Of a stretch of 64,000 bases of DNA, positions 26,803 through 44,574 are shown in pieces. The position numbers and the translations under genes are program-made. The stretch lies in the NCBI RefSeq assembly GCF_009914755.1, contig NC_060925.1; one strand, 5' to 3'. This DNA is from the human T2T-CHM13v2.0 reference genome, Homo sapiens. Below the pieces are notes generated by a model that made no database searches, had not been told where the DNA came from, and was given only the letters and a program-made list of their open reading frames with translations. Numbering within the stretch: the first letter of the stretch is position 1; each line of letters begins with the position of its first letter.

Positions 26803-28762
26803 CTGAAATGTGAAGAGATACCAGGAAAAAAATGAAGCTTAGAGTGTTTAAATGATAGTGTACTGTCCAATCCTAAATGAAATGAATGGGAAAAATAGAT
26901 TTGAACAAATATGAATCATTTATCTTAGATGAAGGGACTAGGATCAGATCAATTATATACATAGCTTCCTTGAGTTTCTGCCTGTTCCAATTAATGCCAC
27001 AGTGTCAATTGCTGCTTAAAATCTTCTAACTCCCTATTGCCTATAGGATAAAACTTAAGTTTCATCGTGATCTGGCTCGTACCTTTCTTTCCAAACTCAT
27101 CTCCTGCTGCTTTTTACCTCCACTTTGGCTTGAGTCTAGACTCTCATAATTCCTCAAACCCACCACCCTATTTGAGCAACTCTCCTTTTTTATTATTTTT
27201 CTTTAGACATGCCTTCCACATCTTATACTGCTGGTAAATACAATGCCCTTCATGATATAGCTAAATCATCTTACCTCTGAGAATGCTTCCCTGATTCTCC
27301 CAAGCAGTCATACCTTCTCTACTCTTCTAACACTTTGTTCTTCCATATTGTCTTACAATACATCTATCTATGGATCTATCTCCAGTCCCTCCACTTTGCC
27401 TTGTCAACCACTAAAAATCAAGGCAGAACTATCTTATTCACATGTGTAACTCCAGCATTAATGCTGTGTAATCCATGATAGGAAAAGCTGGTTTTTGCAC
27501 CTCACTTCTGTGTTGTTAAACTTCCATAGCAGTGATAATATTTTATTGTGATTTCCTATTTATTTGGTCATTTTACCCTCCAAGTAACCCCTCACTCCCA
27601 ACTACTCTGGCTTCCCCTCCCATCTTGGATCAAGGGTAGAAAATATATTCTATTCAGTTTTGTACCTCAGAATCTAGCAGCATCTGAAGAGTAAAAGCTC
27701 AATAAATGTTGAACTAAATAATGAATCATTTGACCTGTGCCTTACCATGTGACCAGCACTGTGTTAGTGCTACAAGGTATTTATGAAAGTCATAAATTTA
27801 GGGACAGGCAGGAACTCAGGGAGAGAGAGGAAGGTAGCCCATCCAGCTAAAGCAGGTTTTCTCCATGATTCAGCACACGTTTTTAGATTCAACCAGGAAA
27901 TTTTGATATTTGCTTCTCCAGAGCTCATCAACCATGCTTTTTAAAAATATATTAGAATAACTCCAGGGAGAAGGGCTAGAAACAGACTCTGAAGAGGCAG
28001 GTAAGAGCACTACTATGTGCCAGGGCATTCCTCTGGACCCAAGAAGTGTGAGAGGTACCAGGAACACCAAAAACATTAAAACATTGGCCCTACATACAAG
28101 GAGCTCCCAGACAGGAAGGGGAGTAGGGAGGGGAGGATGAATTCTCATGTTAGCAAACTACATACAGTGGCATTTGTGCAAACATACTGTGCAAACAGAC
28201 CTTACAGTGGTACCACAGGCAAGGGATTGGTCACTTCTCTCAGGGAGTGGAATGAAGGAAGGGTTCATACATGAGGGGTGCTTGATGGATTAGTAGAAGC
28301 TTGCCAGACTGTTAAATTGGGGTGAATCAATGACTTAAAAGAGCAAAGGCAAAGAGACTTCAAACAGCATGGTGCATTTCAGAAATTGTCAGTTCTTTGG
28401 AATTCATGTTATTATTATTTTCCTGTTTGAGTGTGTGACTCTCCCACTAATTCAGGAGATCCTGAAAGCAATAGCGAGGTCTCCATCACTGCCAAAGCCC
28501 CACTGGTGAGCACATATCTGGCACATGTTGGGTACTCAGTAAATGTTTGCTGAGTGCAGCATGGGCTAGAACAAGATAAGAGGGGGAGGCAAGGCAGGAT
28601 CATGGATCACTTCCTCTGTACTAGGCACCTTGCAAGGTGCCGGGGAAACTGAACCAGGCTAGCTCAGTTTGGAAACATAGCTGGCCCATAGAGGAAAACT
28701 AGTTCAGTCATCAGAAAGTCAGTGCTTGGACAGGTGCTTTTCTTTTGAAAGATAAAACTCAC

Positions 28763-28794
28763 CTAGGTTCTGGATAGGGAAAATTCTTCCCAGG
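28763..28794 (-). CDS. FYB2: FYB2 coding exon (~7), 32 nt, PGKNFPYPEPS
   Basis: cttttcag|CCT ... CCTAG|gtgagt; phase 0-2. Confidence 0.92.
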
Positions 28795-30472
28795 CTGAAA
28801 GTAAAGTGGAAAATGGTTATTTTCATAAATCAACCTGAATCAGGCTCTGTTGTTTGGTTACAGATCATTAGAGACTACACCAAAAGGTGAGGGGGATGAA
28901 GCCTCAGTAGAGAGCAAAGGCAGACACTGACCACAGAAAGTTCCAGGAACTGTTGCAGTGGGGCTGAAGATCAATCAGAAATGAAAACAAGCATTTCTGA
29001 AGTTATAGGTCATGCCCAAAGGAATGTATGATGTGACTCAGAAAAATTGTTGTATGCACACCTTTCCCAAAATGCATCGGAAACGTAAATAACTTCTAAA
29101 TCCTATGAGAAAATATGAATTTGTGGGATTTAAGCAATATTTTACTGGGCAAATTGGTATTCACAAGTGCACAAGTAATGCTGGAATTTCTCCGTTACTC
29201 GCTGATCATGTGCCCTGTGATCACCGCTCAAATCTTGCAGGATCTAGATTTGGCTCCATTAAAATTATGTCCCAATGATCACAATGTAGCCCCTCATTTA
29301 TTCAGTGATTATAGATCTGGTGACATTCATTATTTGGAATCTGTCTAAGAACTCTGAGAAGAATAGAAAATATCTAAGCATCTAAAATGCCATCACAAAA
29401 TCCAGGTATCATAGCTCATTATACTCTCCTTTGAGGGCAGCCCTGGAAACCATTATTCAGAGACTATTGGTTCTTATTTTACACATAATTCTAGCAAATT
29501 AGATGCAGCACTGGTAGAATGACAAGTCAGACAGACCTTGTTTTATATCTTTGTTACATGATTTACAGGTTACTAAACCTCTCTGAACCTTAATGTCATC
29601 TGTAATATGGGAGCAGTGATATCAGCTCACAGGGTAACTATAAGGGTTAAGCACTACTGTCTATGCACAAGTGCTATCACACCAGAGGGACTTGGTACAT
29701 GTTTGACCACATGAAAAACTCATTGCTAGACACAAAGATCGTGACAGTAGAAAAAAAGGGAAAAGAATACAAAAAACTGACTTGTGGTAGTTTGGTGTGA
29801 AGGGAACTAGTTCTTCTGCAAAGGCTCAAGAGCATCTCAAAAGAAGAGCATAAACTATGTTGACTCAGTCCCTTATAGTCAAGAATATTCCAAGTCATTA
29901 AGAAAGGAAGAGATCAGATTCCACTCACTGAGCTTAAAAATACAGAGATAAACACAAAACATGTATGAGAGTTAAAAGATTTAAAAATTAAAAATAATTG
30001 TATGTTTTACTTAAAACAGAAAATTGGGATAAAATGGGATAAAATTCATTTACTTGGCAAGTTCATTTGTGCAGAACAGTTTATTATTTGTTGATGTTGC
30101 CAGGTACATGAAGCATTTTAATAGGCTATTTCTACTGCCATTAATAGAAATAATAATCATTCATATTTTTCTAGTGACAAAGTGTATCCACAAATGAATA
30201 ATCCTTACCAGCAAGCATAAGAGAACCAAAACAGAGAGATGAAGGATCTAGACTAAATGTACCCAGTGAGAAAAGAGTAGAACCTTAACTGATCCCATTA
30301 AAACACTGGGTAAGGGCCTTCTATGAGCTTACACAGTGCTTACATACTGTGTTTGCCTTACTTCTCCCAGATATTCAGTGAAACAAGTATTGGTCCCTTT
30401 ATTTATTGAGCATCTGCTACTGCAGATACAGTAACCACAAGACATATGCTTCCTGTCCTCATGGAAAATATG

Positions 30473-30555
30473 CCTTTTCTTTCCTTCTTTTCTTTCTTTT
30501 CTTTTCTTTTCCTTTCTTTCTTTCTTTTTCTTTCTTTCCTCTTTCCTTCCTTCCT

Positions 30556-30607
<52 letters not shown>

Positions 30608-30658
30608 TCATTCTTTCTTTCTTTCTTTCTTTTCATTCTTTCTTTTTCTTTTTTTTTT
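30473..30658 (+). repeat. (TTTC)n compound microsatellite forming the expanded tail of the adjacent Alu
   Basis: Direct reading. Confidence 0.95.
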
Positions 30659-31080
<422 letters not shown>

Positions 31081-31195
31081 TGAGTTCTTTATTATCCCCA
31101 TTTTGCAGGTGAGGAAATGGGCATTCAAGATCACATAGCCAGGAGTTGGGATTGAGGCCAGCAGTGATTCTGCTTGGGCCCTAATCAGGTTGCTA

Positions 31196-31213
31196 TGCTG
31201 CCTCCAGGTGGCA
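31196..31213 (-). promoter_or_regulatory. Candidate CTCF motif
   Basis: Minus strand TGCCACCTGGAGGCAGCA resembles the core CCASYAGRKGGC with mismatches; motif match only. Confidence 0.4.
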
Positions 31214-31590
31214 CCTGACACCATGTCTAGCAGGAGCCCAGAAAGCATGCCCTAAGGGGTCTGAAAGCCAGGATATACAAACCTGGATTGTGCCATAGAA
31301 CTCTTCTCACTGGAAGTCATAGTTATTAAAAGCTAGTTGTCACTGCCCACCACAGAAAAGGGCTATGGATGAATTGGGACCATTTCCTCCCATCCTATCA
31401 CACATTTTTGTCTCTGACAGTAACAGGGCTCAAAGTGCAGACTCTTAGAAGCTGGAGTCTGGAAAATCCTCAGAAATAGGAGGAAAAATGAAAACAAAGA
31501 CATTTTTTCCCTCTAAAAGATACTACTTTAGAATCAACCTTGCATGCTTATTTTACTTTTAGTTACAATGTTGGTAAGGAGAAACAATAC

Positions 31591-31625
31591 CTTTTGGAGT
31601 TCTTCAATTCCAACTTCATAAGTTG
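31591..31625 (-). CDS. FYB2: FYB2 coding exon (~6), 35 nt, PTYEVGIEELQK
   Basis: tactttag|CA ... AAG|gtattg; phase 1-0. Confidence 0.92.
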
Positions 31626-32154
31626 CTAAAGTAAACATAAAAAAATTATTTCAAGGCAGCTGATCCACCCATTTCTTATAGCACCCAGGATTAAAGCAGT
31701 TATAAAAGATTCCAGAATTCAGTTTTCTCACCTTTAAGAACATCAGACTATGTAAAGCTCTATCTAGAAAGTTTGGGAAATTATGGGGTCAGTGATCATG
31801 GTTTTAATTTCTGTGGGGATTTCCAGAATGGAATTTACAGTCGATGAAGCATGTGAAACCATTTCAGTTTCCTGTTTTGGCAAACAGATACACACTCCAT
31901 GCTTAAAAGAAAGCACTAAAATTTAGTGGCAGCTCAGAAGGCAAACGTGAAAGGAAAGGAAAAGGAAAAAGCCTAAATCCCACTTCAACAAAATGAATTC
32001 TCTATCATGCCCCAAAGTGCTCTGTTCCACAGCCATTTTTATTTCCTTAAATACAGTTTGAAAACACGAGCACACCAACTAAGGCTGACCCACCTTTTGA
32101 CTTTTCCAATAGTTCTGTGGATTTTATTTAATGACATGATGCCAATCTTAATTA

Positions 32155-32489
32155 CAGTCATGCATCGCTTAACAATGGGGATCTGTTCTGAGAAATGCAT
32201 CCTTAGGTGATTTCATCATCACGTGAATACCATAGAACATACTTATACAAACCTAGACGGTATAGCCTACTACCTTCCTAGGATATAGGGTATGGCCTAT
32301 TGCTCCCAGGCAACAAAACTGCATAGCATGTTACTGTACTGAATACTGTAGGTAATTGTAACACAGTTATAGATAGTTGTGTATCTAAACATAGAAAAGG
32401 TACAGTAAAAATACAGTATTATCATCTTATGGGACCACGGCTGGATACACAATTCATTGTTAACTGAAACATTGTGTAGCACATGACTA
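32155..32489 (+). mobile_element. Tigger3a/MER7-like DNA transposon
   Basis: TA|CAGTCATGCATCGCTTAAC...CACATGACTA|TA termini. Confidence 0.88.
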
Positions 32490-32675
32490 TATTAATAAAT
32501 ACAAGTAATGACAAGAATTTGAGTTCAAACACTGTTCTGCCACTCCTACATAGGGTGTTTCAGACAAATTACTTCATTTCTTTGAGCCTCAGCTTGCTCA
32601 TCTATAAAAATTGACCAATTGGTACCTGCCTTACAGAGTTAATGGGGAGATTCAAGGAAATAATTTAAGAAATTT

Positions 32676-32975
<300 letters not shown>

Positions 32976-35900
32976 TTAACATACCTAGCAGAACACTGGA
33001 CATTGTATAGAAAATGGCAATGTTTTTTGATAAAATTGCTTGGTTGGTTTTCTTTGCTTAAAAGTTATTTATAAAAGTTTTATCCCTACTGTTAATGAAC
33101 ATATGTGCATAAAAGGACTCCTCCCTCTGTTTTTCTCTTTCTTGCTGCTAAAGTCCTGAAGCTTTAGAAAACTGACTGAACAATATGTTGCATTTCCAAG
33201 CTTTTATTATTCTAAACATATAATACACTGACAAAATCAATGAAATGCTAGGTTTTGTTTAGGGACTGTCAGCATATAATTGTTGACACAGACCTAAAAT
33301 TCTACATGGATAATTAATAATATGTATTTCAACTTGGGTAATTGTACACATAATACTTTAAATTAGGTAATTGTACACTTATTAATACTTTAAAAATACC
33401 TGTTTGTGATACAGTTTGCCCAATATCCATTCCTGATATGAATTTGCTTTCCAATTTTAAAAATAATAATCTCCTCCTTTCTACTCCAATTTATTTACTT
33501 GTCTATGCTTTTCAAAAACAAATCATGAGCTCATTTGCTTCTCCTAACCACCTTGAGATGGATATTATTACTTATTCTGTCTTAGAAATGATGAAACCAA
33601 AGCCAGGAGAAGCCTTACTTGCCATGGCTAGTAAACAAAGATAATACACATTCAATTAATAACGTATTCATAATGTTGTTACTGCTTTTTAACAAAGTGG
33701 AGGTTCTTTCGTGGCAAGCTAAGCTATCCAAACTTAGGTAGGAATTCCAACATATATTCCAAGGTAGGAATATAGAGGATAAAGGGCTACATCCCAAAGG
33801 ATCAGAAATGGACTAGGAATTATGACAAGAGCATGTGATCTGCAGCATCAGAGTCCTCGCTTACTTTCTGCACAGAGTTATATAACCCTCTCTCCACTGA
33901 TTAGTTTTATTGTGCAGGCAGAGAAAGGACAAATATCTGAAGATGGTCCTCAGCAATCCTCCAACTGCTAGTGTCACAACACGGTCATGTCTTGGAGGCC
34001 TTTTGTTCCTTCTCCTCATCCTGTCTGTATGATCTTGGAAAAGTCCCATTACCTCTTTTACACCTGGAGGTGAAATGTTTATTACTAACATAATAAAAAT
34101 AATAATTTAAAAGAAACTAACATTTTTTATACTTATAGATAGCAGGCACTATGCCAAGCATTTAAATGCATTATTTCATTTAATTCTCAATGACAATCAC
34201 TACTAATATTCCAATTTTACTGACGAGGAAACAGCCAGCCAGACAAGTGAAGTAAATTGTCTAAGATCACTCAGGTAAGAAACGGCTTGCAAATTTTCTT
34301 CCATCCATGGCTTTATTAATTTAAATGGAATGTTATGCAGAAGTGTAAACACAAGTCTGAAGGTATCTGCGAGAGTCTCCAAGACTCTTCAAAAAATTCT
34401 CTGGGGCCTAGAAGTACAGTCTGCAAAGCACTAGTCTATATGACCTCTGAGGACAATTCTGCAGAGCTTTTAGAACAGCCTGAATCATGTATGCCCAATG
34501 CCAAGTTCTGTATAAAAGAGATGAAACCTCACCAAAGGCACCAGTGCTGAGCTAAGCACTAAACAAGGATGGTCTTCCCTGTTTTCTTGGCCTTGTTCAA
34601 GGGACAGTCACCCAAAGGCAACAGCAAAAGCCAACCACCTTGACCTCTTTCTCCTTCCTTCCCTCTCTCCTTCCCTTCCGTCTCTCTCTCCCTGCCTCTT
34701 TGAAAGGTATCATTTAGATGTCTCACCTTTGGTGTACAAAAAACAAAGAGGAAACATTCATTTTAAGTTAACTTTTGTATAAGGTGTGAGACTTAAGCCA
34801 AAGTTTATTTTCGTTTACCTATGGCAATTGGTCCAACACCATTTTTTAAAAGGCTGTGTTTCTTCTATTGAGCTGCCTTTACATCTTTGTTAAAAAAAAT
34901 AACAACAACAGTTGGGCATATCTGTATAATTCTATTTCTGAATTCTCAATTCTGTTCCATTGTTCTACGTGTCTCTCTTTGCCAATACCAGATAGTCTTG
35001 ATTATTATACTGATAATTCTTAAAACTGATATACTAATGCCTCCCTTTTATTTTTCAAAATTGTTTTTAGGTATTCTAACTCCTTTGCCTTTCTATATGC
35101 ATTTTAGGATAATCTTGTCTGTATCTGCAGAAGATCCTACTGGGATTTTTATAGGAATTTTATTAAACCTGTGTATCATTTTGAGATAATTGACATTTTT
35201 ACTGTTAATTTTACTGTGTTGTGTCTTCCGATCCATAAACATGGTATGTCTCTCCACTTATTTAGATTTTCTTTGATTTAATCAGAATTTTATAGCTTTA
35301 AGCTTTTAGGCCTTATCATGCTTTGTAGGATTTAAATATAAACACATATCTATTTTTAAGCAATTATAAATGATATATTTTTCAATTTCAGTATTTGTAT
35401 GTTCATTCCTGATATACAGAAATATAATTGATTTTTTTGTACATTTATTTTGTATCCTACAATCTTTCTGAAATCATTTATTAGTTCTAGGAGGGTTTTT
35501 GTGTGCTTTTTTGGTAAATTTCTTGGGAATTTCTATCTAGATAATCATGCCACTGTGAATAGATAGTTTTATTTATTCCTTTTCTATCTGTATACATTTT
35601 ATTTCCTTTGCTTGCCTTATTGCACTAGCTAGAACGTCCAGCACTATGTTGAATAGCAATGGTAACTGCAGACATCCTTGCCTTGTTACCGGTAGTAGGG
35701 GAAAAGCATTCAGTGTTTCACCATTAAGTATCATGATTAGCTGTAGGCTTGCTGTACATGTTCTTAATCAAGTTGAGGAAGACAATAGAGTCCCCATCTA
35801 TTCCTATTTTATGACAGTTTTTTAAATCATAAATGGAGGTTGTATTTTGTTAAATTATTTTCTGCACAGATTGTCTAATTTTTCTTCTTTATCCTGCCAA

Positions 35901-36511
35901 TATGGTGATTTTGTTGATTTTTGAATATTGAACCAGCTTTGCATCTCTGCACCCTTATATACCACAACCAAATGAAGAATAAATCACACTTGATCATAAA
36001 GAATAATTCATTTTCTATGTTGCTGAATTCTATTTGCTAATATTTTGTTGAGGAGTTTTATGACTATGCTAATTAAGGATATTGATCTGAAGTTTTCTTC
36101 TTTTGTACTGCCTTTGTCTAGTTTTGATATCATGGTCATGGTAATACTAGCTTTAAAAAAATGTGTTTTCTCCTCCATTTTTGGGAAAGATTGTATAAAA
36201 TTGGTATTAATTCATCTTTAAATGCCTGATAGAATTTTTCAGGGAAATCACCTGACTTAGAGTTCATTTTGGGGGAGTTTTTAAACTATGCATTCAGTTT
36301 TTCTTGAGAGTTACAGGGCTAATCAAATTATTTATTTTGAGTGAGTTGTGGTAATTTGTGCTTTTTGAGGAATTGTTCCTTTTTTTATCTAAGTTGTTAA
36401 GTTTAAATGTGGAGAGTTGTTCATAATATTCCCTTATTATTGTTTTGATATCTACAGAGTCTATAATGATATCCCTGCTTCAGTCTTAATATTATATCTT
36501 TTTTCTGTTTC

Positions 36512-37128
<617 letters not shown>

Positions 37129-37604
37129 CATATTATGTCTTTTGCCAAACTGGGGGAGTTTTCAGTCACTATTTCTCCAAGTACTTCTTCAGTCATGCAC
37201 GCCTTCTCTTCTCTTTCCAGAAGTCTAATGACATGAATGTTAAATCTTTTGTTATAGTCTCACAATTTTTTGAAGCTCTTTTCATTTTTTTTTTCAGTTT
37301 ATTTTCTCCTTGTTCAGATTTGGTAGTTACTATTGTTTATTTTTAAGTCATTGACTCTTTTGTCCCTCCATTCTGCTGTTGAGCACATCCACTGACCTTT
37401 TTATTTTTTAGTTCTAACATTGTCATTTTTTTTTTTTACATTTCTCTTTCTCTATAGAGACATTTTATTTCTTTGATAAGACTTTTCTTCATTTATTTCA
37501 AGCATGTCCATAACTATGCATTGGAAAATTTTATAAAAGCTGCTTTAAAGTCTTAGTCAGAAAATTCTAGTATTTCAGCCATCTCAATTTTGGCAGATAT
37601 ATTT

Positions 37605-37947
37605 TTTTTTTCAGCTTCAGCTGCCGTAACAAAATACCATAAATTGCATGGCTAATAAATAACAGAAATTTATTCCTCACAGTTCTGGAGGCTGGAAGTT
37701 CCAAGATCAAAGTGACAACAGATTCCTGGTTCATAGACAGCTGTCTTCTCACTGTGCCCTCATATGGAGAAGAAGAAAGCAATCTTTATTGGGATGCTTG
37801 TAAAGACACTAATCCCATTTGAGAGGGCTCCACCCTCATGACCTCATGTAATACTAACTACCTCCTAAAGATCTCACCTCCTAAATACCATCGCATTGGG
37901 GGTAGGTTTTCAGCATTTTAGAGGTAACAAGCAATCAGTTCATAACA
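37605..37947 (-). mobile_element. MLT1A-family MaLR LTR
   Basis: 'aacagaaatttattcctcacagttctggaggctggaagttccaagatcaa'; ends 'cagttcataaca'. Confidence 0.8.
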
Positions 37948-38959
37948 ATACCCAAGTGAGAAAACAGCACCTCATCACTGCTGGGCAGAAGTAGGAAGGA
38001 GTTTGGCTCTCCAGTAGGCTTCTGCTGATAACATCTTAGCTGGAAAGAGTAGGAGTGCCCTGTTATTACTTCCCATATGGCCTTTGCTGACACTACAAGG
38101 AGAGGGTGGCCTTCTTACTGCTGGGTGGTTATGAAGATCCTTTCTACTAGGTCTCCTCTGACACCATCCTTTGAGGTAGGGAGAAGGGCATCTTGTTACT
38201 GCTGGAAGGGGAGTGAAAGTCAAAGTTCCTCACATAATCTTTATGGACACTAAGTGGAATTTTATTACCACCTGGCAGGGGTGGAAATCCCAGCTCCCTA
38301 CTTGACCTTCTCTGACATCACTCCAGTGGAGGAGTTGGGTGCATCATTGCAGCCTGCTGAGGGTAGATGTCCAAGCTCCCCATTCAGCATTGCTGTTGGT
38401 GGTGGGCCACATTTTTTTCTATGATGTTTGGCTGGAGTAGACTAGTTATTGTCTAGAGGTTTTCTGTCTTTCTAGGTTGCCCTTTTCCTGGTCGTTTGGC
38501 TAGAAAGAGCAGGCTTCAGCTGAAGCTGTTGTTGTGCCCACTGGTGTTTCTGAGTTGCTAACTTTTTTACCTCCAAAACTGACATATTCGAGGCAAGAAG
38601 AAAACCAGGGAACTCACCACCTTATCCTTCCTTGGGGCCTGATGTCCCTAGCTGGTCTACCTTCTTCTCTCTACCTTTCAGAGTCATCTAGTCTTCTTAT
38701 GTTTGTTTTACATACATAATGCCTGGGGCTTTTAGCTGTACTTAGCAGGAGCAATAGGACAAAAGTACATCTGTTCCATCTTCCCAGAAACAGAGGTCCA
38801 CTTCACTTGAAATGAGCTACTTGCAGGGGGGTGGATTCTAGGGGCATCACGTGGTCCAGAGAGAGAAGGAGCAGGCTCTGATTGGAGCATCCATTTGGCT
38901 CTGTGAATTCTTAGCCTTGTAGAAGGACATATAGTTGGAACGTGGCCCAAATGGTGCCC

Positions 38960-39128
38960 ACTGCCTTTCTTTCAAAGTGTGGTCTGTAGACCAGCAGCAT
39001 TGATATCACCAAGGAACTTGTTAGAAATGCACAATCTCAGACTCCATACCGGAGCTGCTGAACCAGAATCTACATTTTAACAAGATCCCTGCATGACTTG
39101 TATGAACGCTAGAAATTGAGAAGCCCTG
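38960..39128 (+). mobile_element. MER5A/MER5A1-like hAT-Charlie element
   Basis: 'tcaaagtgtggtctgtagaccagcagcat...gaacttgttagaaatgca'. Confidence 0.8.
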
Positions 39129-39264
39129 CTCTAAAGAAGGGGTCCATATACTCTGAGTATGGGGCAGCACTGCATTTTGGGGGTGCTGGGCAGGGTCAAG
39201 AGTTGCTCTTCCTATGGCTAGTATTTTACAAACCATTTAGGAGAATCTAGACTGCCCAGTCTAA

Positions 39265-39611
<347 letters not shown>

Positions 39612-40703
39612 CCAACTCCTTATTTCTTGAGGGAGAAGAGGGAAATTTCAGTAGGTCCTGATCCTTACCTCATGAACTTCCTAAGTATGTATTCCCAGGA
39701 AAATGACTTCCTTTCCCAGAACCTTGAGGTTCTTGTCTATACAATGAAGAAGTTTTTAGCCCTGCTTTCAGGGAAGCCAAACTTCCTTGAATAAGAAGTA
39801 GCATAAACTTGTGGAAAAAGCATAGAATTTAGAGGTAGCCTGAGCCTGTTTCACATTATAACTCTATTCCATGTTATATTTATGGCCTCGTGCAACTCAA
39901 TCTTTCTGATGTTCAGTTTCCTGTATCAAACATTAGGGGTGATCAAACCACTCTATCAGCAGGGCTGTACATGGGGAACCTAACACAGAACTACAGTATC
40001 CTATAGTACAAGCTCACTAAATACTAGTGTTTATTCCAGCACTAAAATGTGTGCCTTTTATAGAGAACTGGCTGATACTATAGGCAGAACAAGGACATTG
40101 TACCTTGTAGAAATGCAATAATCTCTGCTCCCTCATCTTTTTACATGAGAAGGTCTCTTTACTCACAAAAATGTCCCGAGCATTGTCAGCAATGCCAGAG
40201 GCAGGAAGACTTAGCTCTGAGCCAGTGGTCAGATCCATTAAATAAATCCCCTGCTCCTATTCAGACTGAACACAGGGGCCTAATTCTCATGGTCTGTTAT
40301 CTCACTCTCCACACACCAAGTAACCAGGGAACTTCAAGAAAGACACCAGGAGAAAAGAGATGAAGTTTCTATAGGAAGAGAAGGAAGAAAAATGAATCAT
40401 CATATCTTGATTTTCCCTCCCTCATATCTACAAAAGGCAAAGCAGCTGAGTCGATTGGTAAAGGGGAGAAAAGAAGAGGCTGGGAAGGCAGCAATAGCTA
40501 TTGTGAGATAGCACTGATGCCCAGCTGGATTTATTTATATTTTTAAGAGACCAGACACAGAAAAAAAAAAGAAAAAGAAATAAGATGGTTGTGCAGGATG
40601 GCTGTGCATTTTTAAACTTACAGTTAGCTAAAGGGAAAATATCATTTTTGACACATTTTCATTCCACACAGGGTTACACTATTAATTGGCTTAGCAGACT
40701 TAC

Positions 40704-40813
40704 GATCAGCAATTTCTTTTGCAGTGCACAGGTTAATGGAGTTGCCAGAGTGTCTCAGATATGAAATTGTTGCCTCGTAATTATGTGGTTCTTCAAATTC
40801 TGCATTGAAAAGC
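40704..40813 (-). CDS. FYB2: FYB2 coding exon (~5), 110 nt, LFNAEFEEPHNYEATISYLRHSGNSINLCTAKEIAD
   Basis: ttttctccag|G ... GATC|gtaagt; phase 2-1. Confidence 0.93.
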
Positions 40814-40909
40814 CTGGAGAAAAAAGGGTTACTTAAAATGTAACATTTTTAAAAACATATTTTGAAAGCTTTTTGTATTTTTTCCTCATTAGAGAAATAA
40901 TATGTGTGT

Positions 40910-44400
<3,491 letters not shown>

Positions 44401-44423
44401 AATTCATAATCTTTTCCCCTCTG

Positions 44424-44574
44424 TACTGTCCGCATTTGGTATGAGGTAGTTCCATTTGCTATAGATGCAGTTGAAGGGGACTAGAGTTAGGGTTAGGGTT
44501 AGGGTTAAAGGTGAGGTTAGAGTTGAAGCGACTTCAGCTGCATCACAACTACATCACAGCACATGTGGATAGTA
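44424..44574. repeat. Inverted-repeat element with a (TTAGGG)n core (possibly MamRep605-like)
   Basis: (TTAGGG)3 at 44487-44504 plus degenerate copies, between nested inverted arms. Confidence 0.7.

Noticed and set aside
44487-44504. Chromosome-fusion relic
   Set aside because: Only three perfect repeats, with no head-to-head CCCTAA array or subtelomeric sequence.
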